From NCBI GenBank assembly GCA_051294905.1, contig CM119381.1, positions 2,170,001 to 2,234,000 of the forward strand: a stretch of 64,000 nt of DNA. The letters are read 5' to 3'. The notes below the pieces were generated by a model. That model saw only the letters and a program-made list of their open reading frames with translations, was not told where the DNA came from and did not search any database. The position numbers and the translations under genes were made by a program. Shown here piece by piece: positions 12,142 to 22,952 of the stretch. The stretch's first letter is position 1. Each line of letters opens with the position of its first letter. This stretch comes from Botryllus schlosseri (lineage: Eukaryota).

Positions 12142-14149
12142 CATTATCTAACGACAATCCCTAAAAATCTCGATTTGCATTTAACGCGAAAGTGCCAAAT
12201 TTGATATCTATCTCGAGTGTTATCATTTTTCGTAGATAAAATGCAAAAGTTTCATCAAATTGACCACCCGCGGATAAGTGCATATGTATGATTCATTGCA
12301 ACACAAGTTAGGGAACATCCTGTAGCTAAACACGGTAGCAATTTGGATTAAAAGCAACATATGTGAAGTCCTTGTGTATGAGTCTGCAGACTAAAACGTA
12401 AAGGTAACACATGTGATCAGTTATCAAAAAGCCAAATCAGCGTACTTAATCGCAGTAAAGTTAGTTTTTTTATCAATGAGTTAACAGCTGAAGTGTGGAA
12501 GAAATTTATCTGCGCAGGTATTGAATCATACGCGAAACACGATGAGTGCATTGCATGCCGAAATGCAGCATATCATGCACTGTGAGTAATTTCATATGAG
12601 CGTATACATCATATGCCATTAATTGACCACTATGACATGCATATACGCCATTCATCACATTTGCTTCCAAAATAGTACGGAGTGCACCAGTCGATAACGA
12701 TTCATTCCATAATGTTTGGAATTCATAACGACTCATTAGACAATCTCATCGTGGCAATTGATCGATTTATGTCTTAAAATCAATCCTTACGATCAGGGGA
12801 ATAACCATGGCGCCGGATACTCCTTAGCGCTAGCAAGCGACCCAACAAATGTATGTCACCCATAAATGCCATCCGCCGATATCAAAGAAAGCAGCATGGT
12901 TAGCTTATTATTTCACCTGTCGTTCGTTTTGAGCTAGTTTGATAGACTTACATACATATTCATTCTTATCTTAAGAAACACGCTGCAAACTATCTCCATT
13001 TATTCCTCCGAGAATTACATCTTTCATTCCAAAAACATCACACCCGTAAATTATATTTACTCATGTTTTAGTTGCCCAGCGCTTCTACTTGAAATATTGA
13101 TGGCATAGTATCACGCGTGTATTATCTACTGAGTAAGATGCGTGCATTATATCATGTCGTTGATGACGTGCATGCTTAATTACGACATCTGCAGTCAACC
13201 AACTGTGGCTAGATGTCATACCGGTAACTACGGCTCCACATTTTAATAAGTCGCTTCGAGTCTCTTCATCAGAGTGCTTTAACGAGGGGGTATAAGCTCA
13301 TTTCAGTTGATCCCTCCCCATCAAAACACTAACCCGTGGTGTCCTACTTCATTCGCGGAACGTAAACAGTCGTATAGAGTCAATTCGCTGTCGCTGAAGG
13401 GTTAGTGTAATTATCGGGATATGACAAACAATGATTGAATGCCCTGCCAAATACATAACGACAACATCATCAATTTATGTGGGGCATCAGTACATTTGCG
13501 CTGAATATGAGTGGGTGATGTCTAAAACACACCGTAATATACATCATATTGCAACCTTAGCGATGGTTTCGTGCCACCTAGATAGGAAATAAAAGCCGCA
13601 GTATCGCACGGTGATATGAAACTGCATTTGATTCTTTGGTAATTTCTTCATACTTCTATTTCGCTACAACTTCTACAACGCTATACACAGATAGGCATAA
13701 TGCATATGGTCTATTTCAGAAGTACTGAAGCATGCAGCTGTGGTCGCACGCGATGCCAACGGCTAACAACAGCCTACAAATTCATCCAAACATCACAGCA
13801 CCTTTAAAAGTCTACACTTGGGCTTATTTGAACTATGGACGTGTCAGGCTATTTGATCAAGCAGACTTAGCTGATATTCAAACCATTTCTTTTCTTCTCC
13901 TTGCCTTGCGCGAGCTACACACGCACGCGCGCGACGTACTTGTGTGTGCACTGCGTTCTGTGCTACCTTCTAGAACGAGCAACCGAAGTCACATGACGCG
14001 AAGCGTATCTACCCGCCCAGGAGTCAACACAACGGCATATTGTTGCAACGCCCGCGAGGCTACACGCGCTCAAAAACCCGAGTACTGCTGCACGACCGCC
14101 CCTGTCTCCTACACTGCTTGTATAACGACGAGATTCGTGTTCTACATCA

Positions 14150-15344
14150 AGTAGTAGTATTGTAATGAAAGGTAATGACAATAAATAGGTCGCAAATATA
14201 ATGTTGAGAGTGAACAGTAATATTTCATACACTTGGAGTGAAAATCGTTGAACAAATAGCGAGAATAATCAACCCCAGCATATTGGTCAACGAACACTAT
14301 ACGTTAGGTTAGTGGTGCAGTTTTCTTTAAGCAAAAAGCAATAATTTAGCATTAAGACATAATATAAATAATTGTCGTAGGCCATCGACTATGGGGACTG
14401 TATCCCGACACCTTTCGTCACCAATTTGACCGCATACACAAACCGACCCGCACAGCAAATGATATGAACATGGGCATTGGGCATATTCCCGAGATGATCC
14501 AGTAAACGGAATGGGATGGTTATTACAGTGCTTTACATAGGGACGGTAGTCTGGGACTTGCAGAATTCTATCCGCGTACGGAGCATCGTCCTATTAGGCC
14601 AGGCTTAAGTGCATTTCGATGACTCCCGATGGGCCCGGGATGCAACTAATCGATTACCGTGCTAGTAGCAAACAAATGGCCGAGCCTGAGCAAAGCAGGG
14701 CTTCCGTAACTGCACGATAACTTAGTCAAGTTTGTACACAGTGGTCGTAACTATCGTCCCATCTAGAGGCGAGATCCTAGCCAACTCTACGACACGAAAT
14801 AGGTATCCACAACACGTTCAGGACAAATAGCAGCATTACATTCCCACCGCGCGTCAGTGTAACGGCAATCTACAGGTGACACCTTCCCCAACGGACAAGG
14901 CGTTCGGCAGTCTAAAGCAGCTACAATACGGTACTTTGTTTGCATGTATAAAAGTACTATAAATTAGTCGTTATAAGATAAATGTGAACTAGCAAAATTC
15001 CGAATAAAGTCATCCCGTCTGAATTCACAAGTTGATAAAACGCGATCGCATGGAATTGTTGACAAGTGTTTTAATAGCGTTCACGGCCGCCGCGTCCCAG
15101 TCACGCCCAGGCGACAAGTGCATCAGAAATAATAGACTACAGAATGACAAGGAAACAATAATTTAAGCATGAAAAAATTTCAAGAAAGGCACTTACAGTT
15201 CTGATGCACTGAGCGGCATTTCCCTTGAGATCTAGTTTAGAACAAAAAGTATTCGCTTTCCCCCGCGACAAGTTAGCGACAATGTCGCAGACCCACTCAC
15301 TGTATGCACCTTCTCAATATAACAGTGGCTAGTTTGAACGGTTT
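14150..15344 (-). other. Probable 3' UTR of the ZFP36-family mRNA (distal end not determined)
   Basis: Lies directly after the TAA stop. Free of the repeat families seen elsewhere. The distal part is AU-rich with UAUUUAU heptamers at 14187-14181 and 14370-14364. No unambiguous AAUAAA marks the end. Confidence 0.5.
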
Positions 15345-16415
15345 TTATGACTGAGAAAGGCAACGGAAAATGGGTAGGCGTTGCTTTTCGGGTGGAGAGC
15401 CAGTCATGGACTCTCTATCCGAGTCGGGTGGTGTTGGTAGTGAGTCAAAAGGACTGTCGTCGTTCACGGTGGTTTCAAAATGTCCCTGAGATCGAAGCAC
15501 TTCAAAAGTGCTGTCGGTAGGCATAATAATTCCAGCCAGCGCCGCTGTATTAAAGCTGAAAGCTGATCCGTTGTTTCCTGATACCGGCGATGTCGGAGAC
15601 ATGACAGCCGAGTTTCCCATGTCCATGTACGGCGGCGATGGCGGCATTCCGTTGAATCCCATGTTGGATCCGAAGTTTGGCCCATTGCTGAGCTGTTTAG
15701 CGAGCAGGTTAAGCTGCGCGGGCCTGTGGTTGTAGTGATTACGTTCCGATACGTGCGGGGTAGGTACAGCGATCGGTACTCCGTGCGTGCAAGGCTTCTG
15801 CTGGCTCATGCCGGACGCCGGCATCTGCATGCCCATATTGCGGTGGGTAGAGTCGTCTTGGTTGTGGATAAAATGACACCTCGGCCCGTACGGACAGAAT
15901 CCGCTGGTGTGAAAAGTCCTGCAGAGCTCGGTCTTGTACTTCGGGTGTCGCGCCAGATGCCGCAATTCGTGTTTCCCGTGAGCGAACTGACACTTATCCC
16001 CGTATTTGCACTTTCCATTTTCTTCAAACGGCCTACATAGTTCAGTTTTGTACCTGCTTGAAGCCACAGGCTGTTGTTGTTGCACAGAAGAATCAGAGCT
16101 TAACGAACTAGCCCCTTCGCTGTAGGCTCTTCCTCGAAAATCCGTTTGGATTGAACTTATAGCAGCTGACAAGGTTGCAGTGGATGTTTCTGGAATCGTG
16201 TTGGGCATAGTCGTTAGCGAGTTCATGTTCATACGATTTCGGGCTGAGGGGTTTGAAGTTACTGAAGAAGTAGAGTTTCGTCGCACGGTGTTCATCGGCC
16301 TTTGCATAGGCCTGATGCCGGCCATCGATTGGTTCGTCAGCGGCGAAAAGTTGTCGTTCATCCCGAGTAAAGCTTGAAGGCTAAAACCGCTCGTGTCTTG
16401 TCCGAACAAGTTGGC
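15345..16415 (-). CDS. ZFP36L: ZFP36/TIS11-family (ZFP36L1/L2-like) tandem CCCH zinc-finger ARE-binding protein, coding exon 2
   Basis: Two C-x8-C-x5-C-x3-H fingers with (R/K)YKTEL lead-ins ([29 protein letters not shown]...[27 protein letters not shown], about 16055-15861), nearly identical to vertebrate ZFP36L1/L2. C-terminal CNOT1-binding-type motif [11 protein letters not shown] at 15380-15345. The exon starts after the acceptor CTAAC...TTACAG|GCC (AG at 16417-16416). Confidence 0.97.
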   Translation of the reverse strand, partial: ANLFGQDTSGFSLQALLGMNDNFSPLTNQSMAGIRPMQRPMNTVRRNSTSSVTSNPSARNRMNMNSLTTMPNTIPETSTATLSAAISSIQTDFRGRAYSEGASSLSSDSSVQQQQPVASSRYKTELCRPFEENGKCKYGDKCQFAHGKHELRHLARHPKYKTELCRTFHTSGFCPYGPRCHFIHNQDDSTHRNMGMQMPASGMSQQKPCTHGVPIAVPTPHVSERNHYNHRPAQLNLLAKQLSNGPNFGSNMGFNGMPPSPPYMDMGNSAVMSPTSPVSGNNGSAFSFNTAALAGIIMPTDSTFEVLRSQGHFETTVNDDSPFDSLPTPPDSDRESMTGSPPEKQRLPIFRCLSQS

Positions 16416-16541
16416 CTGTAACATAGGTGCAAGTTAGTGAAATTCTTGTCAGTGAATTATATCAAACTGGCATATACACTTGAAATCATAGAAAAGTAGG
16501 CTATTGCATCGTGAATATCGGCAAACGTCGAGCACACTCAC
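16416..16541 (-). other. 126-nt GT-AG intron of the ZFP36-family gene
   Basis: Donor GTGAGT, branch-point CTAAC at 16437-16433, acceptor TTACAG. Confidence 0.85.
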
Positions 16542-16601
16542 CGAAAAATCTTTGTGAAGTCGTTCAGGCATTGTATACCCTCCTGTTACTAATGTCGACA
16601 T
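16542..16601 (-). CDS. ZFP36L: ZFP36-family gene, coding exon 1 (MSTLVTGGYTMPERLHKDFS, 20 codons)
   Basis: ATG at 16601-16599 and 60 nt open up to the donor TCG|GTGAGT (16541-16536). Phase-0 splice to 16415 stays in frame. The N-terminus MSTLV resembles ZFP36L2 MSTTLL and ZFP36L1 MTTTLV. Confidence 0.85.
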
Positions 16602-16855
16602 CTGAGCTTTGTTATAAGTTGCAAGGCAAATCGCCCAGATATAATACTACTACTGTTAGCAAAGTTGGTTTCACTGCAAAAGCAAAATAGAGATTATTGA
16701 AATGCTCGGGCAGCTTGGCTCCATGCATTTGCACCGGCTCTCAAACCGTGAGAATACCAACGGTTCCTATGCTGCTGCGCACGCCCGTCACCTGAGTAGC
16801 CGTCACGACTCAGAGCTCAATATTCGGTGTGCAAGTTTGCTGTGTTATCACGCGT

Positions 16856-16863
16856 TTTTTATA
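16856..16863 (-). promoter_or_regulatory. Candidate TATA box (TATAAAAA) for the ZFP36-family gene
   Basis: Minus strand reads GGGTATAAAAAACGCG about 260 nt upstream of the ATG. TGACG half-sites (about 16790 and 16805) and a CACGCCC motif (about 16780) are nearby. The TSS is not determined. Confidence 0.4.
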
Positions 16864-17594
16864 CCCAAAAAAGCATTTTTTCTGGTCGCTAAATTCTCTC
16901 CTGTATGTCGCTAGAGGCGCACGCAGACCGATGTATGATTACACGAATGATTCACCGCATCGCGATACAGCACGCTTCGAATAACGCCGCTTTGGTGCAA
17001 CAGCAAGAATTTATGTCGCGATTATGTAGTTTCAACAGCAGCGCAAATATAGATTTCGTAAGTATGACACAATGTTACACCCGTGACAATGGATAAGGTT
17101 TCAATCCGCAGAGGGGGGCAAACCCTCGTACAAGGTAACCAATAAACTTTGGGCGCAAAGTAGGTCATGGATTTGTCCATTTCGGAGTAGTGCATGCGAA
17201 TATTCATTTATGGTCGAGAGATACTTCGTAATACATATTTTCAACAGCGAACATTACGAAAATACAACCATTGCCACAGCAACAACACAACTAGGATTGT
17301 ATATCTAACGATATCAGAGTGTTCCTAGTCAAATGATAATTGCATTCGAAACCCCGTGCGATCGTATCTTAACTTTACATATGGCATATCACGCAAGCAT
17401 TGATATCACTGTAATATGCAGTCATCTTTTGAGTCCGAATGAGGTGTAATCTCTCAACTAAATGTCCATAGTTTAGAGATGAGAAGGTGCGTCTTCTGTC
17501 TGTAGTAACGCTAAATCTAATGAATAACCAGAAATGTCAGTTTAACTAGCTTTGAGATGCATGAACATTGAACAACGAACATTTGAGCAATGAC

Positions 17595-17885
17595 CAGACG
17601 TGGTCAAAGTACTCAGATTTGGTGTTCAAGCAGAAGTAGAAATTATGCTGTGAAATTCTACTCAATTACAAAAAGAAGTATCCATTTTCGAGAGATGTCT
17701 CGACTACTTCAAGTCGAAGCACTCGAGTAAGTAATTTCGGAATGTTTATTAGTTTTAGGGGTCGCATACTTATAGTAGTTTATCAGAGGTGGTTACTTTT
17801 GAAACCTCATATCCCAAAACGACTCTCTACTTTACAAATCCAAAGTGCAAAATAAGTAATTTTGCCTAAAAAGTGTAAAGTACAA
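17595..17885. mobile_element. AAGTA-rich DNA transposon remnant (left end); related right-end remnant at about 24095-24317
   Basis: CAGACGTGGTCAAAGTA here and TACTTTGACTATCTCTG at 24301-24317 are inverted matches. Both carry repeated AAGTA/TACTT motifs. Confidence 0.5.
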
Positions 17886-18272
17886 CTGGGAGCTGTCTAA
17901 AACATATCTACTCAGGTAATATAGGGAAAACAATCATAACCTACTTGATTACCCCTAACATGTAGATGTACCCCGTTAGTGGCAATGACCATACGTAGAC
18001 CTTCATAAATGCAATCACGACACGTACTAAATCATCATACCAATCAACAACAACAACTATAAGTTCATACCATCATAGCAAGCAAGCAATGATAGCCAGC
18101 GAATGTAGCAGCAGATTTTTCACATTGTATTAATTGTTTTGGCAGGCAAATGACCCTCACTGGTATTTTCAAGTACATTGTACCCGTGAAGTGTTTATAA
18201 CGTATCGCCATGCCGAATGTGACTCAATGATTTTGAAAACACACCGCCCGCCACCGAAAATTCAGCATTGTA

Positions 18273-18396
18273 GGAGCTTCTTGGAAATTCAGAACTTCGA
18301 TATACAATTTATTAGCATATTCGTATTGAAATAAACCCGTTTATGTTCGGCTAACCCTCACCAAGGGTAATTGCCAGCAACTAGCTGAGAATTGGA
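18273..18396. mobile_element. Family A solo left arm (other solo pieces at about 25709-25772, 27641-27737, 38173-38295, 43990-44041, 50955-51003, 59823-59910)
   Basis: GAGCTTCTTGGAAATTCAGAACTTCGATATACAATT...AAATAAACCCG...GCAACTAG. Confidence 0.75.
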
Positions 18397-18954
18397 TAAT
18401 TCGACCAAACTGCTCCCTGCTCTTTAACAATAAAGTAAGATTGAGCAATGAGCATATATCGGTCGCAATCTCAATGTTCAAGAATGGAACAACTATTCAT
18501 AATATAGTTGACAGAGAAAAGCAGGTCCTGATTGTACAAGATTGAAAATCGCACCGTTATCACAAAATCTTATACATGAAACAAGCGCGAATTGAACGTT
18601 ACATAATCAACTTCCTTCGTTTCAGCAATCTGAATCCCCGCGCCTGGTATACTATGGGCGTTGCAGCAAGCCGCGAATGAAAAACCTCTCCATACGTTGC
18701 TGTAATACGCGTCGCAATCCGATACAAGCAATTCAACTGCGCGGCAAGGAAGTTGATGTTGCGCACGGCTTTTTGTTTTGCGCCACGCGCAGCGAGCCTG
18801 CAGCAAAAGCGGCAATTCATGATACACAATGCTTACCAGCAAGCCGGAAATGTTTTGCCCCGGTGGCATGCGCGCCGTAGTAAATACCCAAACTGGCTTT
18901 TGTGTCACACGTTGTGGTAAAACCGCGGTCGAATGATTAAGGATACTCACTTTT

Positions 18955-19032
18955 CCACTAAGACCTAATTTATCACGACAATTATAGTTTCGATACGATT
19001 TTCCACTGTAAGCTGTAAACTTCCATTAGTCG
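18955..19032 (+). repeat. Dispersed ~75-100 bp repeat, second copy at about 23950-24032
   Basis: CTAATTTATCA..GACAATTATAGTTT.GATAC.ATTTTCCACTGTA..AGCTGTAAAC.TCCATTAGTCG in both. Confidence 0.8.
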
Positions 19033-20388
19033 TATCGGCTCATACCAAATTTATACTGCAAAGTTACGCACGTGAGTGGAAACGGCATATCTCTTACCCA
19101 CGGCATTGTCACAAAGCGCAATGAAACATATGGTCGAAAACACCAAATAATCTGCAATGTTATGTAAAACTGGCATTATATTCTGTGTGGTCGAATAAAA
19201 GATACATATCTTGAACCTTCGATATCGTCATAACTTTTGATGTCATGTTGAGTGATACTCGACGCGACTGGAACCCTCGAAATATAGTTGCATAGATTGT
19301 GAAATCGTCTCATTCTACCATATATTTATACATACTGTACAATTCACGAATACACCACGAACCGTACCATAACAGTAACTAGTGACACTTTCGTTTTTAT
19401 CTCATAAACATACTGTACTTTTTCAATATCAGAATTATATGTTGGTTTCAGCCATCAGATGACAATATTTAGACGATTTGTTCCTGCGTCGTCTTTATTT
19501 TTGCGTTACGTTACCGTGACTGCTCAGTTTCTATAATGTAGCTAGAAAAATCGCTGAATTCCGTTAATACTGAACGCCACGAACAAAATTTCAGCATTAC
19601 AGCAAACTTCGGTATGATCCGACTATGGATAGAAAAGTGTGTTGCGTATCCAAATCCTGTTCGGAAATATAATCCACGCTATCTTCATAAATATTTCAAA
19701 TCAGCGTGTTATTTTGGATCTGAAATTGCAGCCTTGCATACAATAGCTGTGGTCATCAGTAAACACGATATACAACCCGTATAACAGCACTTCATAGATT
19801 ATAGTATGTAGGCAATGATAGATATTTATGATGAAGACTCGAAACCGTTGAATTGTCCCCATAATATGATACCTGGGATTGCAGCTTTAATAATGCCGCG
19901 TTCCGTGAGTAACACCCGCTGCAGTGTTTATCATTTAACAACAAATTTTGATCACGAATAGCGGTTGGAAGATACCGGATGTGACGCGCGCGGTTGCTCA
20001 TAGTCACGGAAAGCCAGTCCTCATTGTAGTTAGAACTTCATAACATCGCAAGGAACGGTACCAGCATGAAGTTGCAAACATATATGTTGCACATTCACAC
20101 CATGCTTGGTCTCCTACATTTTCATAGCAACATCAAGATTGGGGTATAGATAGACGTGAGGCCAATGCTGCATCATTGCAATCGTTTGCTATTATGATCA
20201 CTTCTGAAACACGCAATTTCTATTACGATGACAGCAAAATCTCGATTTGGACAACCGTGCAAGTCGTTTCGATGCCTTCCTGGCTTTTCATTGTATCGCG
20301 GTCTTGTGGTGCTACGAAGTGATGAAATTCCTTCACAATGTATACCCCGGCAACAGAATTGGACAACCAGAAAAATTTAGAGTTAGAA

Positions 20389-20506
20389 CAGTGGTTCTCA
20401 AACTGGGGGCGTGAGAGTATCTGAAGGGGGCGCGCGAAGCTGACGTCAACTTAATTTTTTTCACTATCATAAAGGGGGGCGTGTCTAAAAAGTTTGCGAA
20501 CCCCTG
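20389..20506. mobile_element. 118-bp hAT MITE
   Basis: TIRs CAGTGGTTCTCAAACT and AGTTTGCGAACCCCTG. Perfect 8-bp TSD AGTTAGAA. Confidence 0.92.
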
Positions 20507-20826
20507 AGTTAGAATTATAGCTACACAATGCACATTTCACCGCGTTGGATTATAATCTGAATTAACCAGAACTGTGAAATTAACGTCAATTCCGAATTCG
20601 AAAAAAGAACAACAAAAACCATGTTCAGTTCATATCAAATTAAAGTTCCTTCTCGTGAATATGAGAATGGCAAATGTCTGTACACCAAGCCTGGCTCGTT
20701 TCGCGCTATACAGTTCTCCTAAGTAGCATTTTCAGAAAACCTGAAATTAGAATAAAATTATAATTGGAGCATAGAAACCTTCCACAAATTGGATTAAAAT
20801 AAGATTACCGGCATTTCGCACTAACT

Positions 20827-21143
20827 CAGGGGTTGTTAACCAGGGTCCGTGGGTCCCTTGGGATAAGAAGCACCAAATCAGTGGGCACGATATGCCTTGT
20901 GGAATTAGGCCTACGCTATCTAGAGAGATTTAAATTATTTTGCAAACCAGCAAAAAGGGAATATTTTTTGGGCCAATTTATTCAAATCAAAACGTTTCTC
21001 CACGCTACGCGTGATTTCATGTCAGCGGTCGTTTTGATTTTGATATAGGTAACATCAGAGTTGTGATGGAAATGGATAGGGGGTGCGAGCTATTTTACTA
21101 AAAGTTCAAGTGGTACGAGCGCTAAAAAGGTTGAGAAACACTA
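20827..21143. mobile_element. hAT MITE
   Basis: TIRs CAGGGGTTGTTAACC and GGTTGAGAAACACTA. Left flank CACTAACT; the right duplicate is degenerate or overlaps the TIR. Confidence 0.6.
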
Positions 21144-21779
21144 CTCACATTAGTTTAGTTTGACAACTAGAATCCTCCAGCTGTCACATCCGACCGGCGT
21201 GCGTACTGTTCTGCCCGAACACATTTCCCTAAATCGGTACTTACGCCGGTTTTGGAATAATACGATTGGTTCCTTTTAATGAAGGCGTGTTCGTCAACGC
21301 CTAGAAAATATGGCCGCGCGCCAGGCTTAGGCGCTGTAGCCCGCAATTGTAATGATGTGTAAGTGTCTTATGTTGTACTCAGCTTTTGGTCCGCGGGTCG
21401 TGGAGAGGATAACAAATAACAATAAACCGTTGCGACACGGCTCTTCTTTATCGCAGCGAGGCTTATTCAACTCCTATTACCGACTATATTCAGTGACTTT
21501 GCGCACCGTACAATTAGAGAACATCCAAATTGAAAAACAAACTTACCAAGCGTGGGATAGCTGCTGGAGGGCGGAGAGCGATACAATGTTCCTTTCAGCT
21601 GTAGACGCTGATATATGAGCTTATTTTGCAGGTGTCACGTTTCGGTCACTGGTGGAATTAACGTTAATTACTTCAACTGACCAGTGATTTCTATTAAGTA
21701 GATATTGTAGCTAGCCAAAGCGGATGGGCAAATGCAATTTTTGAACACATTCGCGAAACAGTATGCATTCTAGTTGCCT

Positions 21780-22154
21780 AACCAGACTAATTGTAGCGAA
21801 ATGCCATTTATCTCATTCTAATCTAATTTGTGAAATGTTGCCTTACTTTAATTCTAATCTAATTTCCAAAAATAAATGCTACAGGAGAACTGTGTAGTGC
21901 TAAACTATCCAAGCTTGCTGTACTGACGTTTGCATATCATCATGATGCTCATAAGAAAAAACTCTAATGATCTGAACCTCATTCAATTTCCAAGTTTTCA
22001 TAAATTCAGTAATTATTATTCTAATCTAATTTGGATAAAAACTGTGTAGCTATCATCCTAATTCTACTTTAATTCGGAATAATCTGTGTAGATGTTATTC
22101 AATTTCTAGTATAATTCGGAAAAGTTAAATATTATCTATAGTTGTCGAGGTCTG
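21780..22154 (+). mobile_element. Family B MITE copy (partial copies also at about 2862-3090 +, 10363-10475 -, 60695-60885 -)
   Basis: Shared core GCGAAATGCC...TTCTAATCTAATTT...GCTACAGGAGAACTGTGTAG. Right end CTATAGTTGTCGAGGTCTG. Confidence 0.75.
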
Positions 22155-22952
22155 CATATTTTTGTTGTTTGAGTCATTGAATAACTCAATTCGACTGTTG
22201 GTTGAATTATGATTATGTATTGATCCCGTAAACGTAGGCAGTAGGTGATGGCTTACAATAGCCTTCGATATAGGAATGCATATAATCTAGATTCAGGATG
22301 TGTGGATATCTCCCACGTTTATCCACCGCCCAAGTCCTATTCTACATGGAATTTTACATTGAATCTGTGTGTCCATGAGGGCATACACTGCGCCAGGTAT
22401 TTTGCGTCGGTATGCACTTGAAATCCACACAAATCCGTTGAAATTAGAGTGACTATGTAATTGGAGCATGGCCATTTCAATAATCACATGGCTGTCATCT
22501 GCCATCACAGAACGCAGAACGTGCACGAAGCCGACTGACGTGGATTGACGATAGCCCGCTGGGAAACTTTGTACCGAAGACTTTAACCAGATACTGTATT
22601 GTTCCGATTCAATGAAAGATATATTTAGTGTTAGTAAGTAGTAACAGTAATTGTTTTCATTCTGGTTTTCTCTCACAATGAGGCCACGAGAGATGGAAAA
22701 CACTTGTCTCGCGTAAACACAAACACGGGCTTTGTTCTGGATGTCAGATTCGTTACGGCGACTGTGAGAGAGATGTTCTCCAGATGGTGATATGACGGAT
22801 TGCAGCCTCTGCAAGGAGCTTGCGTATTGCGATGCAGTCGGTGCGGGTGGCGCTACCGCAGAGGCATTGTGGTATACCATCGCAGCTGAGTCGAGGATTG
22901 ATGATGCTGATTCGGCATTTTCCATTAGTGTGACACAAAAATATGAATAAAC

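Larger units (their letters stand above)
20354..21183 (-). mobile_element. Family B MITE carrying two younger hAT MITE insertions
   Basis: The left TIR CAGAATTGGACAACCAG, the reverse-complement B core at 20515-20826 and the degenerate right end CTAGAATCCTCCAGCTG are collinear once the two inserts are removed. Confidence 0.65.

Noticed and set aside
12517-12580. 64-nt possible exon (GCAG|GTATTG...CACT|GTGAGT)
   Set aside because: Weak pyrimidine tract, no partner exons and no recognisable peptide.
13732-14154. 140-aa plus-strand ORF, and similar 130-147 aa ORFs at 261, 3451, 46098, 50983 and 55383
   Set aside because: No domain or coding-like composition. They coincide with locally GC-rich or repeat-derived patches where stops are rarer, and several use non-ATG starts.
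15464-16377. Overlapping short ORFs on both strands within the ZFP36 CDS
   Set aside because: Shadow frames of a GC-richer coding exon with no recognisable content.
16416-16424. ATG at 16424 as the main start codon
   Set aside because: It lies between the branch point and the AG acceptor, and an upstream exon gives a family-like N-terminus.
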